A stretch of DNA of 64,000 nucleotides from contig JBBTSI010000003.1 in NCBI GenBank assembly GCA_038064735.1, positions 21,154-85,153 on the forward strand, written 5' to 3'. The position numbers and the translations under genes are program-made. This stretch comes from Patescibacteria group bacterium. Lineage in GTDB: Bacteria > Patescibacteriota > Minisyncoccia > Phycocordibacterales > WO2-35-19. Below, piece after piece: positions 36,082 through 45,758 of this stretch. Within the stretch, counting starts at the first letter, position 1; each line of letters opens with the position of its first letter. Under the pieces are notes generated by a model. That model was not told the DNA's origin. It did no database searches and was given only the letters and a program-made list of their open reading frames with translations.

Positions 36082-37395
36082 TTATAACCATTCAACTTTG
36101 AGGAAGTGCGCGGCGCAAGACATACAAGGGTCATAAGCGCGGATAAGTTTTTCTATTTCAAAGACAATCTTGTCTTTGTCCAGCTGAGCTTCAGCGGAGT
36201 TGGACTGGTCCAAAAGATTTTGAACTAAGACAGCTACGTCACGCTCGATATTTATTTGATTTTGACCTGTCGGCACTATCACTTCGCCACCAGAGACTTT
36301 GCCATCTTCTCCTATGATTATTTTATGATAAAGAGTACCTCTAGGCGCTTCGATGACTCCAATGCCTACTGCTCCGGATTTTGCTTCAGCTTTGATTAAA
36401 GGCTCAGGAGTAAATTTGTTGTTTGAAAGTATATCTATGGATTCGTCTACACAATGCAACGTTTCAATCGCTTGAGCCAAGTTGTTATAAAAAATATCTG
36501 TGGAAGGGAAAAGATTCAAAACTTCAGATGCAGATTCTTTAGTCTTTGGATGGAGTTTATCTTTGGCTAAGTTGATGCGAGCCAAAGCACCAACCATATA
36601 ACCTTCACCTTCATAAGTGTAACCAACTGCCTGTGAATAAGGGATTACGGTCTTTTCAAGATGGTCGCGGAAATCTTTTTCTTCTATTTTTTGACCATCA
36701 CTTGCTCCAATAACACCTTGTATGTATCCGAAAGAATTTTCTGGTACTAATGCTATATATTTGGTTTTGCGATCAAAATGAAATGGTGCGTTTTTGAAAA
36801 CTTCTATAAGTCGCAATACTCCGGACCTGACGTTTTGAAGTTTTTGGATAGCTTCAGCAATACCAGCTTCATCGGGGAATTTGAGGAAACCGCCTATGAC
36901 TGGGTAAGTAGCGTGGACACTTCGGCCCGCGATGAGTGTAGCCAAAAAATTGCCGGCAGACTTTACCTCAAAACCGTCGTGCAAAAGTTGGTGCTGGTAC
37001 GGATCACTTTCATCAAAATCTAAAAACGCATCTTTGTTGAAAATATCCGGCATAGAAAATAGATACAAATGCAAAGCGTGGTCGCGAATCATAAGACCAT
37101 TCATCACAAGAGTTCGCAAAAGTTTGGTTTGTTCTGTTGGCTTTATGTCCAGAGCATTTTCAGAAGCTTCAATACTGCACATTATGTGAGAATTGGAACA
37201 GGTACCGCAGATACGGGCGAGATGTTGGGGGATAGCAACCAAGTCTTTGCCTTTCATGGCTTCGGTGAAAAAGCGTTTGTATTCGTCGGTAGCAAATTTT
37301 ATATCGGTGACTTTGCCGTCTTCTACTTTGAGCTTGAGCGAAGCATTACCTTCTATCTTGGTGATGTGCTCCATTGATAAATCAAAACTATGCAT
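36082..37395 (-). CDS. [NiFe] hydrogenase large (alpha) subunit, cytoplasmic group 3-like
   Basis: N-terminal RICGTCSNSH (RxCGxCxxxH) and C-terminal DPCMSCAAH (DPCxxCxxH) nickel-binding motifs. Confidence 0.85.
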   Translation of the reverse strand: MHSFDLSMEHITKIEGNASLKLKVEDGKVTDIKFATDEYKRFFTEAMKGKDLVAIPQHLARICGTCSNSHIMCSIEASENALDIKPTEQTKLLRTLVMNGLMIRDHALHLYLFSMPDIFNKDAFLDFDESDPYQHQLLHDGFEVKSAGNFLATLIAGRSVHATYPVIGGFLKFPDEAGIAEAIQKLQNVRSGVLRLIEVFKNAPFHFDRKTKYIALVPENSFGYIQGVIGASDGQKIEEKDFRDHLEKTVIPYSQAVGYTYEGEGYMVGALARINLAKDKLHPKTKESASEVLNLFPSTDIFYNNLAQAIETLHCVDESIDILSNNKFTPEPLIKAEAKSGAVGIGVIEAPRGTLYHKIIIGEDGKVSGGEVIVPTGQNQINIERDVAVLVQNLLDQSNSAEAQLDKDKIVFEIEKLIRAYDPCMSCAAHFLKVEWL

Positions 37396-37876
37396 GTTGT
37401 TTGAATTCAGCTACTAATAAATTTACTTTTTCTAAGAAATTTTCTGGACTCATCGGACAACCAGGGATTTCTACGTCAACTTTGACTACTTCAGAAACTC
37501 TTTTGACTTTAGGGAAAGCACCAAATTTCATAACTAGGAAATCTATATTGGCGTGCTGTTCTTCGGTGAAATTGTTGCGGTTGCCGGCGGGGATGCCTAT
37601 CACAGCGCAAGAGCCGACGGTGACCAGTTTTTTGGAACGACTGCGGATATCTTTTATTTCTGCTTCTTGTTTTTCGGAAGCGACCGCGCCCTCAATGAAA
37701 GCTATATCAAATTCGTCAAAAATGTTGTTTTTCTTCAAAACTCTGACATGACGGAAATCAAATATCTTTTTCCATTCCTGCCAATGGTTATTTAAAACTT
37801 CGGTCATCACTACTGTATTATCTTCACAACAACTGTATGAAAACCACCCTATTTTTATTTTTTTAAATTCTTCCAT
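37388..37876 (-). CDS. [NiFe] hydrogenase small (delta) subunit
   Basis: SYSCCED, GSCAVIG and PGCPMSP cysteine motifs of the short Fe-S small subunit. Confidence 0.8.
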   Translation of the reverse strand: MEEFKKIKIGWFSYSCCEDNTVVMTEVLNNHWQEWKKIFDFRHVRVLKKNNIFDEFDIAFIEGAVASEKQEAEIKDIRSRSKKLVTVGSCAVIGIPAGNRNNFTEEQHANIDFLVMKFGAFPKVKRVSEVVKVDVEIPGCPMSPENFLEKVNLLVAEFKQHA

Positions 37877-37900
37877 ATTTTTATTGTATCACGATTAAAT

Positions 37901-38554
37901 TTAATCAAAAGTGTCAAAGATGCCCTTTGACACTATCCTTTTGTAAAGTTTTGTGTTTTCATTTATAAAATTTTTTGTGTTGCCAAATATTTCAGTTAAG
38001 AATTGTTTATGAATTATTTTATTTTTTCTATTGCTTATAAAATCAACATAGCTACTCCATTTGTATTTTTCAGGTTTATCGATAAAACCATCTTTAATTG
38101 GATTCATATGTATATAAGAAGAAATCAGCATAAGTTGCGGATTTGTTTCGATTTGGACAGATTTAAATTGATCTTGGAAAACATGGCCAACTCTTTTGTA
38201 TTTAAGATTTATGTATTTTGCAAAACTGGTAAATACTCTGGACATAAGTTTTGAAATTGATTCATCACCGCACTGCTCTATCAATAGGTGAATATGGTTT
38301 GGCATTAAACAAAAAGCATGAAGTTTAAAATTTTCTGGTTTTAAACTAGTGATCCTTATCCTTGATTTAGGGGATTTGGTTATTTCGCATTCATTCAAAT
38401 CTTTAATATCAAATCCAAGACCTAATCCTAATCTAAAAAGAAAAGTTCTGTAATCTTGTTCATCTCTGAATATTATTTCTTTATTATCACCACGATTATA
38501 GATGTGGTGAATAGAATCTTTGGTGAAATTTTTATAATCTCTATTTCTTCCCAT
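37901..38554 (-). CDS. Y1 HUH transposase, IS200/RAYT-like
   Basis: HUH motif CLMPNHIHLLIE and catalytic-Tyr region SSYIHMNPIKDG; start at ATG 38554 (MGRNRD) with TGTGGTATAAT 7 nt upstream. Confidence 0.7.
   Translation of the reverse strand: MGRNRDYKNFTKDSIHHIYNRGDNKEIIFRDEQDYRTFLFRLGLGLGFDIKDLNECEITKSPKSRIRITSLKPENFKLHAFCLMPNHIHLLIEQCGDESISKLMSRVFTSFAKYINLKYKRVGHVFQDQFKSVQIETNPQLMLISSYIHMNPIKDGFIDKPEKYKWSSYVDFISNRKNKIIHKQFLTEIFGNTKNFINENTKLYKRIVSKGIFDTFD
37911..37933. repeat. 23-nt perfect palindrome GTGTCAAAGATGCCCTTTGACAC (REP-like), copy a
   Basis: Within the 3' codons of the transposase gene and 35 nt upstream of the hydrogenase small-subunit ATG. Confidence 0.8.
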
Positions 38555-38577
38555 ATTAAAATTATACCACAAGTAAA

Positions 38578-38600
38578 ATGTCAAAGGGCATCTTTGACAT
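38578..38600. repeat. 23-nt perfect palindrome ATGTCAAAGGGCATCTTTGACAT (REP-like), copy b, centre inverted
   Basis: Between the hypothetical gene stop and the transposase start. Confidence 0.8.
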
Positions 38601-38611
38601 GTCGAAGAGTT

Positions 38612-39634
38612 CTAAGACTCAGAAGATTTGTTTTCGGTGTTTGTGTTTGGTTCAGTTTCAGTTTTTTCTTTTTCAAGGTTTTCGTGAAGCTCTTTGCCCG
38701 CTTCTTCTCCGATTTCTTTTAAATCATTTACATACCCAAGAGCTCTTTTTCTTTGTTCTGGGTGTTTGACTATGCTTCCGATCATTTTATCTTTCAAATA
38801 TCTTTTTTGGTCTTCTGTTTGTGTACTTGTTTCTACAGTTATATCTGAATAATGTTTACTGGTAGGTAGTCTGCTTTTTATTGTGGAAATTTTCTTATTA
38901 TCTGGATGTTCCTTTGTTCCAATCAAAATTTCTTTTATAGCTTGTTGAAAACCGTAAATTTTAGGATTTTTATCTTTTAATATTCTTGAAAGAAATCTCA
39001 TTGTGTTTTGAAGACTGTTGCTACATGAAAGATAAACATCATCAATTTTACTCACATGTTTTCCATTAAATTCAAAAAATCGTTTTTTAAAAGTAGCTTC
39101 TTCTTTTTCGTTTGGCCAACGTACATTGTCTGCAATGCTACCCTCATCAAATACCATTATTACTGGATTATCCTTATCAATTCTTTGTCCAATATAATCA
39201 AGAGCTTCTGGGATATCTCGTGCTTCTTGTTTAAGAATTTCTTTTAGATTTTGGTCTTTTGTCTTTTTGATTTCTGTTTTATTAACGGGTTCATAATTTG
39301 TCCACCATAGACGATGATTTTTAGGAACTATTCTGTAAAATCTAGGGTTTTCTTCTTCGGTGTAAGCATTTTTCCAAGTTTCCTTTAAAACATAACCATA
39401 AGGAATGGCACCAGTTTCGGTTAAAAAAATATAATCTGGTTGTATTTCATCGTGCCATTGTTTTACAACTCTTTCCGCCCAATTTTTTATTTTTTCAATT
39501 TGTTCTGGAGCAAGTTGTTCTTTCCACCCTTTTTCTATATCCATTTCTGGCACTTTCTTTTCTTCAGAAATTTTGTTTTCTGAATTTTCAGGGGAGATAT
39601 CTGGTATTTTTGGTTCATTTTGAAAACCTTCCAT
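38612..39634 (-). CDS. hypothetical protein (acidic, Lys/Glu-rich termini)
   Basis: 340 aa, no recognisable domain; bracketed by REP-like palindromes. Confidence 0.5.
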   Translation of the reverse strand: MEGFQNEPKIPDISPENSENKISEEKKVPEMDIEKGWKEQLAPEQIEKIKNWAERVVKQWHDEIQPDYIFLTETGAIPYGYVLKETWKNAYTEEENPRFYRIVPKNHRLWWTNYEPVNKTEIKKTKDQNLKEILKQEARDIPEALDYIGQRIDKDNPVIMVFDEGSIADNVRWPNEKEEATFKKRFFEFNGKHVSKIDDVYLSCSNSLQNTMRFLSRILKDKNPKIYGFQQAIKEILIGTKEHPDNKKISTIKSRLPTSKHYSDITVETSTQTEDQKRYLKDKMIGSIVKHPEQRKRALGYVNDLKEIGEEAGKELHENLEKEKTETEPNTNTENKSSES

Positions 39635-39672
39635 AAATATATATTAACACAAGTATTCCATTATCTTAACAA

Positions 39673-39695
39673 ATGTCAAAGATGCCCTTTGACAT
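39673..39695. repeat. 23-nt perfect palindrome ATGTCAAAGATGCCCTTTGACAT (REP-like), copy c
   Basis: 38 nt upstream of the 38612..39634 gene start. Confidence 0.8.
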
Positions 39696-39746
39696 GGTAT
39701 TGGGGATTAGGAGAGATTATTTAATAGAAGATGATATAATAAATCT

Positions 39747-41219
39747 ATGTCGGAGAATTTAAATAATGAAATATTTACCATAGGCATCGGTGGGGCGGCT
39801 GGAGAGGGTGTCAAATATGTAGGCAATAACATCGGATTACTTTTACGTGATTTGGGTTTTCAAATTTATCTATCATTGGATTATCCATCACTCATTCGGG
39901 GTGGGCACAATTTCGTCAGATTGAGTGCTAGTGTGGATAAGATTTGGAATGATCACGCCAAGTTGGATATTTTGATATGTTTAAATGAAAAAACTGCGGA
40001 AATTCATAAAAGTGAGCTCAAAGAAGGTGCATGGGTACTCGAGGGTTTAAATAATGAAGAAATTTTGGGTAAAGTCAGAGAATTTTTGAGTACCAAAGGA
40101 TTAGCCGACTTCGCTTCAGGCTCCGTCGCGCCGAAGGGTGAACTAATTGATGGTAATACCGCTTTTGCCAAAGGTTTGCAGATGGCAGGTTTGGATTTTT
40201 ATTTTGCTTATCCTATGACACCATCGACTTCTATTTTGCATTATCTCGCCAGCAAGCAAACTAAAGAAGGACTTAAGGTTATTCAGCCAGAAAATGAAAT
40301 CGCTGTCATCAATATGGCGCTCGGTAGTGTTTATACTGGCAAAAGAGTGGCAGTAGGGACGGCGACTGGCGGTTTTGCTTTGATGCAGGAAGCTTTTAGT
40401 TTCAGTGGTATGGCTGAACTTCCACTTGTGTTAGCTGTGGTGCAAAGGCAAGGGCCAGCGACTGGTGTACCGACGAGAAGTTCCCAATCAGATTTGCGTT
40501 TTGTGATCCATGCTGGTCATGGAGAATTTCCAAGAATTGTTTTAGCACCAGGAGATCCAGAGGAATGTTTTAAAGCAGGAATAGAAGCAATGGATTTAGC
40601 TTGGAAATTTAAATCACCAGTTATTGTTTTGCTTGATAAAGCTTTGTCGGAACACATAATGACTGTGGACATTGAAAGATTGACCCAGCTTTCGCTAAAA
40701 GCTACGGCGGGCGAAGAAAATGCAAATATAATTTTTCCTGGTACTCCAGAAAAGGTAGTAAAAGTTACTAGTTATGAACACGATGAAGAAGGTATCACTG
40801 TTGATAAACCCGAAGATGTTAAGACAGCGATGGATAGGAGGTTTGCTAAGGGAGAGAAGATCAAGGAAGAAATGAATAACAGAGAAACTATCAAAATATA
40901 TGGAGATACGTCAAGCAAAAATACAATTGTGTTTTTTGGTTCTAGCAAGAGTCCGATACTTGAAGCGGCGAAACTTTTAGAAAAAAATATTAAATTGGTT
41001 CAAATTTTGTGGCTTGAACCGTTTGATTCAGAGAAACTTAAGAAAGAATTTGAGGGAATGAATAAAATAATTTGTGTGGAGGCCAATCACAGTGGGCAAT
41101 TAGCAAGTTTAATCAGAGAGAGGACAGGTATTGAAGTTACTGATAAAATTTTGAGATATGATTCATTACCATTTGAACCGGAAGAACTCGCTCTGCAAAT
41201 TAATTCAATTTTAAAATAA
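39747..41219 (+). CDS. korA: 2-oxoacid:ferredoxin oxidoreductase, fused gamma+alpha subunit
   Basis: N-terminal gamma-like GGAAGEGVKYVGNNIG and a POR/KOR alpha core. Confidence 0.8.
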   Translation: MSENLNNEIFTIGIGGAAGEGVKYVGNNIGLLLRDLGFQIYLSLDYPSLIRGGHNFVRLSASVDKIWNDHAKLDILICLNEKTAEIHKSELKEGAWVLEGLNNEEILGKVREFLSTKGLADFASGSVAPKGELIDGNTAFAKGLQMAGLDFYFAYPMTPSTSILHYLASKQTKEGLKVIQPENEIAVINMALGSVYTGKRVAVGTATGGFALMQEAFSFSGMAELPLVLAVVQRQGPATGVPTRSSQSDLRFVIHAGHGEFPRIVLAPGDPEECFKAGIEAMDLAWKFKSPVIVLLDKALSEHIMTVDIERLTQLSLKATAGEENANIIFPGTPEKVVKVTSYEHDEEGITVDKPEDVKTAMDRRFAKGEKIKEEMNNRETIKIYGDTSSKNTIVFFGSSKSPILEAAKLLEKNIKLVQILWLEPFDSEKLKKEFEGMNKIICVEANHSGQLASLIRERTGIEVTDKILRYDSLPFEPEELALQINSILK

Positions 41220-41220
41220 A

Positions 41221-42015
41221 ATGGCAGAATTAAATTTATCTACAAAAGCAAAAATAACATGGTGTCCAGGGTGTCCAAACTCGCAGATTTTGGTGGCTTT
41301 CAGAAAAGCCGTGACTGAGATGGTAGAGAATGGTTCACTCAAGATTGAAAATTTGGTGGCTTTTGCTGGTATTGGATGTCACGGTAAAATTTCTGATTAT
41401 ATAAATGTCAACACTTTCACTTCACTTCACGGCAGACTTATCCCAGCTATGACAGGTAGCAAATGCGCTAATCCAAATCTTAATGTTATAGGTTTTTCTG
41501 GTGATGGTGATTCTTTGGATGAAGGTATAGAGCACCTCATTCATGCTGCTAAAAGGAATTCGGATATAACTTTGTTTATGCATGACAACAGAGTTTTTGC
41601 TTTGACGACCGGCCAGTTTGATGCTCTCAGTCCCAAAGGTTTTAAAGGTAAATCTTCTCCGTTTGGTAGTATTGAAGAACCATTAAATCCACTTTTACTT
41701 TTGCTTTCTGCTGGGGCTACTTTTATTGCTAGGACTTATGCTGGTGATATTGCCGGTACTAAAAAAATAATGCAGGCCGCTATGAACCACAAAGGTTTTG
41801 CTTTTGTCGACATTATCCAACCTTGTATCACTTTTTTTGATACTCGTGATTATTTTAAAGATAAGATTTATTGGATGGATGAAGGTTTACCCAAAAATGA
41901 TTTGAAATTTTCTATAGAAAAAGTTTCTGAAAATCAAAATGAAAAAGTACCTTTAGGAATATTTTATCAAGTCGAAAGATCAACTTTTGAAGAAGAATTA
42001 TATAAATCCCGTTAG
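41221..42015 (+). CDS. korB: 2-oxoacid:ferredoxin oxidoreductase beta subunit (TPP-binding)
   Basis: CPGCPN, GIGCHGK and GDGDSLDEG (TPP/Mg motif). Confidence 0.8.
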   Translation: MAELNLSTKAKITWCPGCPNSQILVAFRKAVTEMVENGSLKIENLVAFAGIGCHGKISDYINVNTFTSLHGRLIPAMTGSKCANPNLNVIGFSGDGDSLDEGIEHLIHAAKRNSDITLFMHDNRVFALTTGQFDALSPKGFKGKSSPFGSIEEPLNPLLLLLSAGATFIARTYAGDIAGTKKIMQAAMNHKGFAFVDIIQPCITFFDTRDYFKDKIYWMDEGLPKNDLKFSIEKVSENQNEKVPLGIFYQVERSTFEEELYKSR

Positions 42016-42085
42016 AAATACCAAATTATGTTCATTATGCAAAAAAATTATTGTCGATTATTAAAAGTTAGATTTCTAACGGGAT
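42006..42085. repeat. inverted-repeat element ATCCCGTTAGAAAT...ATTTCTAACGGGAT between korB and the acd gene
   Basis: 14-bp perfect arms, 52-nt spacer; left arm contains the korB stop codon; right arm ends 7 nt before the next ATG. Confidence 0.7.
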
Positions 42086-42092
42086 AAATAAT

Positions 42093-44147
42093 ATGAATTT
42101 AGAAAATTTTTTTAATCCAAAATCAGTAGCGGTTATTGGTGCTTCATCTGACACTAAAAAAGTGGGTTTTGCTCTAATTTCAAATCTTTTGAAAAATAAT
42201 CCGCCAACTGATGGAAGAAAAATTTTCCCTGTTACTCTCTCAGAAAAAGAAATTTTAGGTATGGAGACTTTCTCTTCTATTTTAAATATTCCAGATCAGG
42301 TTGATTTGGCGATAATAGCTGTAAGAGCTGATATAGTACCCAATATTTTAGTCGAATGTAGTGAAAAACATGTTTCTAATGCAATAATAATTTCTTCTGG
42401 CTTTAAAGAAATGGGGATTAAAGGTAAAGAACTCGAAAACGAAATTTCAAAAATAGCTAAAGAAAAAAATATCACTCTTTTGGGACCAAACTGTCTCGGT
42501 GTTATCGATACGAAAAAAAATTTGAATGCTTCTTTCGGTGGTCGGCAACCGCTTCCAGGTAGTATTGCTTTCTTATCCCAATCCGGTGCGCTCGGTACTG
42601 CTCTTATAGATTGGTCTATAGATGAAGGTATCGGTTTTTCCAAAATCATAAGTTTGGGTAACGAAGCACAGCTTACCGAAATCGATTTTTTGGAATTTTT
42701 AGAAAATGATCCTGAAACTTCTGCAATTTTGATGTATTTGGAAAATATAAATGATGGACCGAAATTTTTGGAAACTGTAAAAAGAATTACCTTGAAGAAG
42801 CCTGTGGTTATAATAAAAGCAGGTATGGGTAATCATGGAAATTTGGCTGTCATGTCTCACACTGGAGCTTTGGCACCGCAACCTGCAGTGTTCATTTCTG
42901 CTTGTCGACAAGCGGGTGCTACTACTGTGTCATCAGTGCGGGGATTTTTTAATATTATTAAAATATTGTCTCAAATAGGATTTAAAAAAGATCCTATTCA
43001 ACATTTGATTATTTTGACAAATGGTGGTGGACCGTCTGTCGTTGCTGCTGATCTTATCGACCGTTCTCGTTCTCTATCTCTCGCAGTTTTTTCTGAAAAT
43101 ATTAAAGAGGAATTGCGCGCTACTTTACCTAAAATGGCTGCTATCGGGAATCCAGTTGATATTATAGGTGACGCTCTTGCAGACCGATATGACAAAGCCC
43201 TCGAAATTTTATGCAAAGCGGAAGATTGTGATGCAATCATGGTGATACTTACTCCTCAAATGATGACAGAAGCAGCAGAGACTGCGAAAGTACTTGCTAA
43301 GTATAAAGATAAAAAAATAATATTTCCGGTTTTTATAGGCGGAGAGGGGATACAAGCTGGACGCAATGAACTCATAAAATCTGGTTTGGTTCACTTTGTT
43401 TTCCCTAGAGATGTTATCGATAGTTTAGATTATTTGGCTCAAAGTTCTCCTAAACGCAAACCCAATTCCGGTCACCATAGCTTTGGACATCATGGTGAAC
43501 TTATGACTTCGGTAAGAAATGGAGAGATGATGGAATTTAAATCAACACTAGAATTACTTTCTCAATACAATATTTCTATTGAAGGCCGATTTTTAACTAG
43601 AAAAGAAGATTTAGGAAATGCTTTAAATTCACTCGGTAGCGGTCCTTATACAATGAAAGCGATTTCCAAAGAAGCGGTTCATAAAACCGAAACAGGAGCA
43701 GTTAAATTAAATATTTTAAGTGTAGATGAAGCCAACTGGATATGGGAAGATATGTGGACGAAAATTCCAAAAGTGGAGGGTATTATTGTTCAGAAAATGG
43801 AAAAAGGTAGGGAAATAATAATCGGTATGAAAAGAGACAACACTTTTGGTCCGACGATACTTTTTGGTTTGGGTGGGATTTTTGCCGAAGCAATAAAGGA
43901 TACAGTGCTACGTGTTGCCCCAATTGGAAAAATTGAGGCTCTAGAAATGATGCAAGAAATAAAGGGTATCAAAATTTTGCAAGGTCTGCGTGGCCAACCA
44001 CCAGTAAACTTTGAAATGCTGGCCGATATTCTCGTAAATCTCTCTAAACTTTCTCTTGATCATCCGGAAATAAAAGAAATTGACTTTAACCCTGTTATGG
44101 CTACTGAAAATTCCGCCATCATTGTGGATGTGAGGATAATGATTTGA
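42093..44147 (+). CDS. acetyl-CoA synthetase (ADP-forming), fused alpha-beta (NDP-forming acyl-CoA synthetase)
   Basis: CoA-binding N-terminus KSVAVIGAS, succinyl-CoA-synthetase-like flavodoxin domain, ATP-grasp C-terminal half. Confidence 0.8.
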   Translation: MNLENFFNPKSVAVIGASSDTKKVGFALISNLLKNNPPTDGRKIFPVTLSEKEILGMETFSSILNIPDQVDLAIIAVRADIVPNILVECSEKHVSNAIIISSGFKEMGIKGKELENEISKIAKEKNITLLGPNCLGVIDTKKNLNASFGGRQPLPGSIAFLSQSGALGTALIDWSIDEGIGFSKIISLGNEAQLTEIDFLEFLENDPETSAILMYLENINDGPKFLETVKRITLKKPVVIIKAGMGNHGNLAVMSHTGALAPQPAVFISACRQAGATTVSSVRGFFNIIKILSQIGFKKDPIQHLIILTNGGGPSVVAADLIDRSRSLSLAVFSENIKEELRATLPKMAAIGNPVDIIGDALADRYDKALEILCKAEDCDAIMVILTPQMMTEAAETAKVLAKYKDKKIIFPVFIGGEGIQAGRNELIKSGLVHFVFPRDVIDSLDYLAQSSPKRKPNSGHHSFGHHGELMTSVRNGEMMEFKSTLELLSQYNISIEGRFLTRKEDLGNALNSLGSGPYTMKAISKEAVHKTETGAVKLNILSVDEANWIWEDMWTKIPKVEGIIVQKMEKGREIIIGMKRDNTFGPTILFGLGGIFAEAIKDTVLRVAPIGKIEALEMMQEIKGIKILQGLRGQPPVNFEMLADILVNLSKLSLDHPEIKEIDFNPVMATENSAIIVDVRIMI

Positions 44148-45417
44148 GGTCGAAGTTGGGGTCACTAAGCTCTGATTCATGGCCGGAGACTTTAAAATTT
44201 GATTCTATAAGTTTATTTATGGTAGCCATATCTTTGGAACGGTTAATGAAAGTGGCGCCAATGATTTCATCTTTTTCATCAACGATAATGCGAGCGAAAG
44301 AATTTATTTCCGGAGAACCACGTTTAATTATTTTATATTCCGGTTTGACACGCACATCTCCAGACATGGCAATATTTAAACCAAAACCAATCGCAGTATA
44401 AAAAGAAACCATTTTGAATGGTTTGCGATTGCCGAGCATATTATTTGCTACAGTGCGGCCTTGCATTTGAGCGTTGACCCAGTTGCCGAGCTGGACTTTT
44501 TCACCAAGTATGAGGTCAGTGAATTCGGCGACGTCGCCAGCAGTATAAATATCTGGGATATTAGTCTCTAAATATTCATTGGCCAAAATACCTTTGTTGG
44601 TTTCTATACCAGCTTCTTTGATCCAATCTAGGTTGCAAATGAGTCCTATGCCGATGATTGCCAGCTGACAGTCTATTTTTGCTTGCCCCGCCGTAGCTTC
44701 ATGCGAAGGCTGGGTGCCTTTTACAATTACTCCTTCTATTCTTTCATTGCCCAAAATTTCAGAAACTTCTGCTTCGCGTAAAATTTTTACTCCCTCTTTC
44801 TCTAAAGCATTTTCAATCATTTTGGCGGACTCAATATCTAAAAGCGGATACCAAAAATATGGTTCGCGCATCACCATAGTCACTTCTAAACCTGCCAATT
44901 TCATCATCTCGCACATTTCAAAACCGACGAAACCAGAACCTACTGCGATAGCTTGTTTGGAAGTTTTGATATTTTCTATAAGTTCGTTGACTTGGCTTAG
45001 ATCGCGGACATAACAGATGCCTTTTTTATCTGCTCCAGTGATAGGCCACTGTCTAGCTTCTCCACCAGTGGCCAGAAGCAGTTTTTCATATTGCAAAATT
45101 TTGCCTGTCCCAACCGAAGCGTCGGGGCCGCCTGAAAGTGTGACGGACTTTGATTTTGTATCAAGTTTGGTTGCGAGTACTCCTTCAATAAAATCAATCT
45201 TATTTTCTGTGTACCACTCTTTTTGTCTAAGCCAAACACTATCAAAAGGAATTTTACCTAAAAAGAAATTGGGTTTGGAGAGCATAATACGCGAATAATA
45301 ACGCGGTTCGTCAGAGACGATAGCGATACTACCTTCTTTGTCAGTTTGACGCAAAGTTTCAGCTGTCGTAGTACCAGCTGCCCCTCCACCAATGATTAAA
45401 TATTTGTATGGTTGCAT
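44119..45417 (-). CDS. FAD-dependent pyridine nucleotide-disulfide oxidoreductase (ferredoxin/rubredoxin-NAD(P)+ reductase or NADH oxidase-like)
   Basis: IIGGGAAG FAD and AVGSGFVGFE NAD(P) dinucleotide-binding motifs. Confidence 0.7.
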   Translation of the reverse strand: MQPYKYLIIGGGAAGTTTAETLRQTDKEGSIAIVSDEPRYYSRIMLSKPNFFLGKIPFDSVWLRQKEWYTENKIDFIEGVLATKLDTKSKSVTLSGGPDASVGTGKILQYEKLLLATGGEARQWPITGADKKGICYVRDLSQVNELIENIKTSKQAIAVGSGFVGFEMCEMMKLAGLEVTMVMREPYFWYPLLDIESAKMIENALEKEGVKILREAEVSEILGNERIEGVIVKGTQPSHEATAGQAKIDCQLAIIGIGLICNLDWIKEAGIETNKGILANEYLETNIPDIYTAGDVAEFTDLILGEKVQLGNWVNAQMQGRTVANNMLGNRKPFKMVSFYTAIGFGLNIAMSGDVRVKPEYKIIKRGSPEINSFARIIVDEKDEIIGATFINRSKDMATINKLIESNFKVSGHESELSDPNFDLKSLSSHPQ

Positions 45418-45425
45418 TTTAACCT

Positions 45426-45461
45426 CACCCCCAGCCCCTCTCCTAGAAGCAGGAGAGGGGA
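45426..45461 (-). promoter_or_regulatory. intercistronic hairpin between the ferredoxin and oxidoreductase genes
   Basis: 10-bp perfect stem cccctctcct/aggagagggg, loop agaagc; no T-run; an RBS-like GGGGTGAGG follows before the ATG. Confidence 0.35.
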
Positions 45462-45479
45462 GAAGGAAAAAACTAACTA

Positions 45480-45749
45480 CTACTTAGGGAATACTTGCTT
45501 GCCTTCTTTATCAAACAAAAGTATAGCTTTGGTAGGGCAGGATTCTGCTGACATAAGTAGAGTAGCGTCATCGGCTGCGTTGGCTCCGGCTCCTGCACTT
45601 ACAACCACTGCTTTATTTTCATTATCAAGTTCCCAAGTCTCTCCTGAGACGGCGATGCAGGAAGCGGCGCCGATGCAGAGGTCGCGGTCAACCACTATCT
45701 TGCTAATATTGGAACCTTCTTTGTTACGAGCGTATTCTTGTGTTGCCAT
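45480..45749 (-). CDS. ferredoxin (single [4Fe-4S]/[3Fe-4S] cluster type)
   Basis: CIGAASCIAV...ESCP cysteine pattern. Confidence 0.7.
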   Translation of the reverse strand: MATQEYARNKEGSNISKIVVDRDLCIGAASCIAVSGETWELDNENKAVVVSAGAGANAADDATLLMSAESCPTKAILLFDKEGKQVFPK

Positions 45750-45758
45750 TTTTTTAAT

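Larger units (their letters stand above)
37911..39695 (-). mobile_element. REPtron-like unit: palindrome, RAYT-like transposase, palindrome, hypothetical gene, palindrome
   Basis: Three copies of a 23-nt perfect palindrome flank a Y1 transposase and one cargo-like ORF. Confidence 0.5.

Noticed and set aside
37911-39695. TTGACA inside the REP-like palindromes acting as a canonical -35 box
   Set aside because: Spacing to the downstream TATAAT-like boxes is about 12 nt, which is too short for sigma70; kept only as a possible operator or REP
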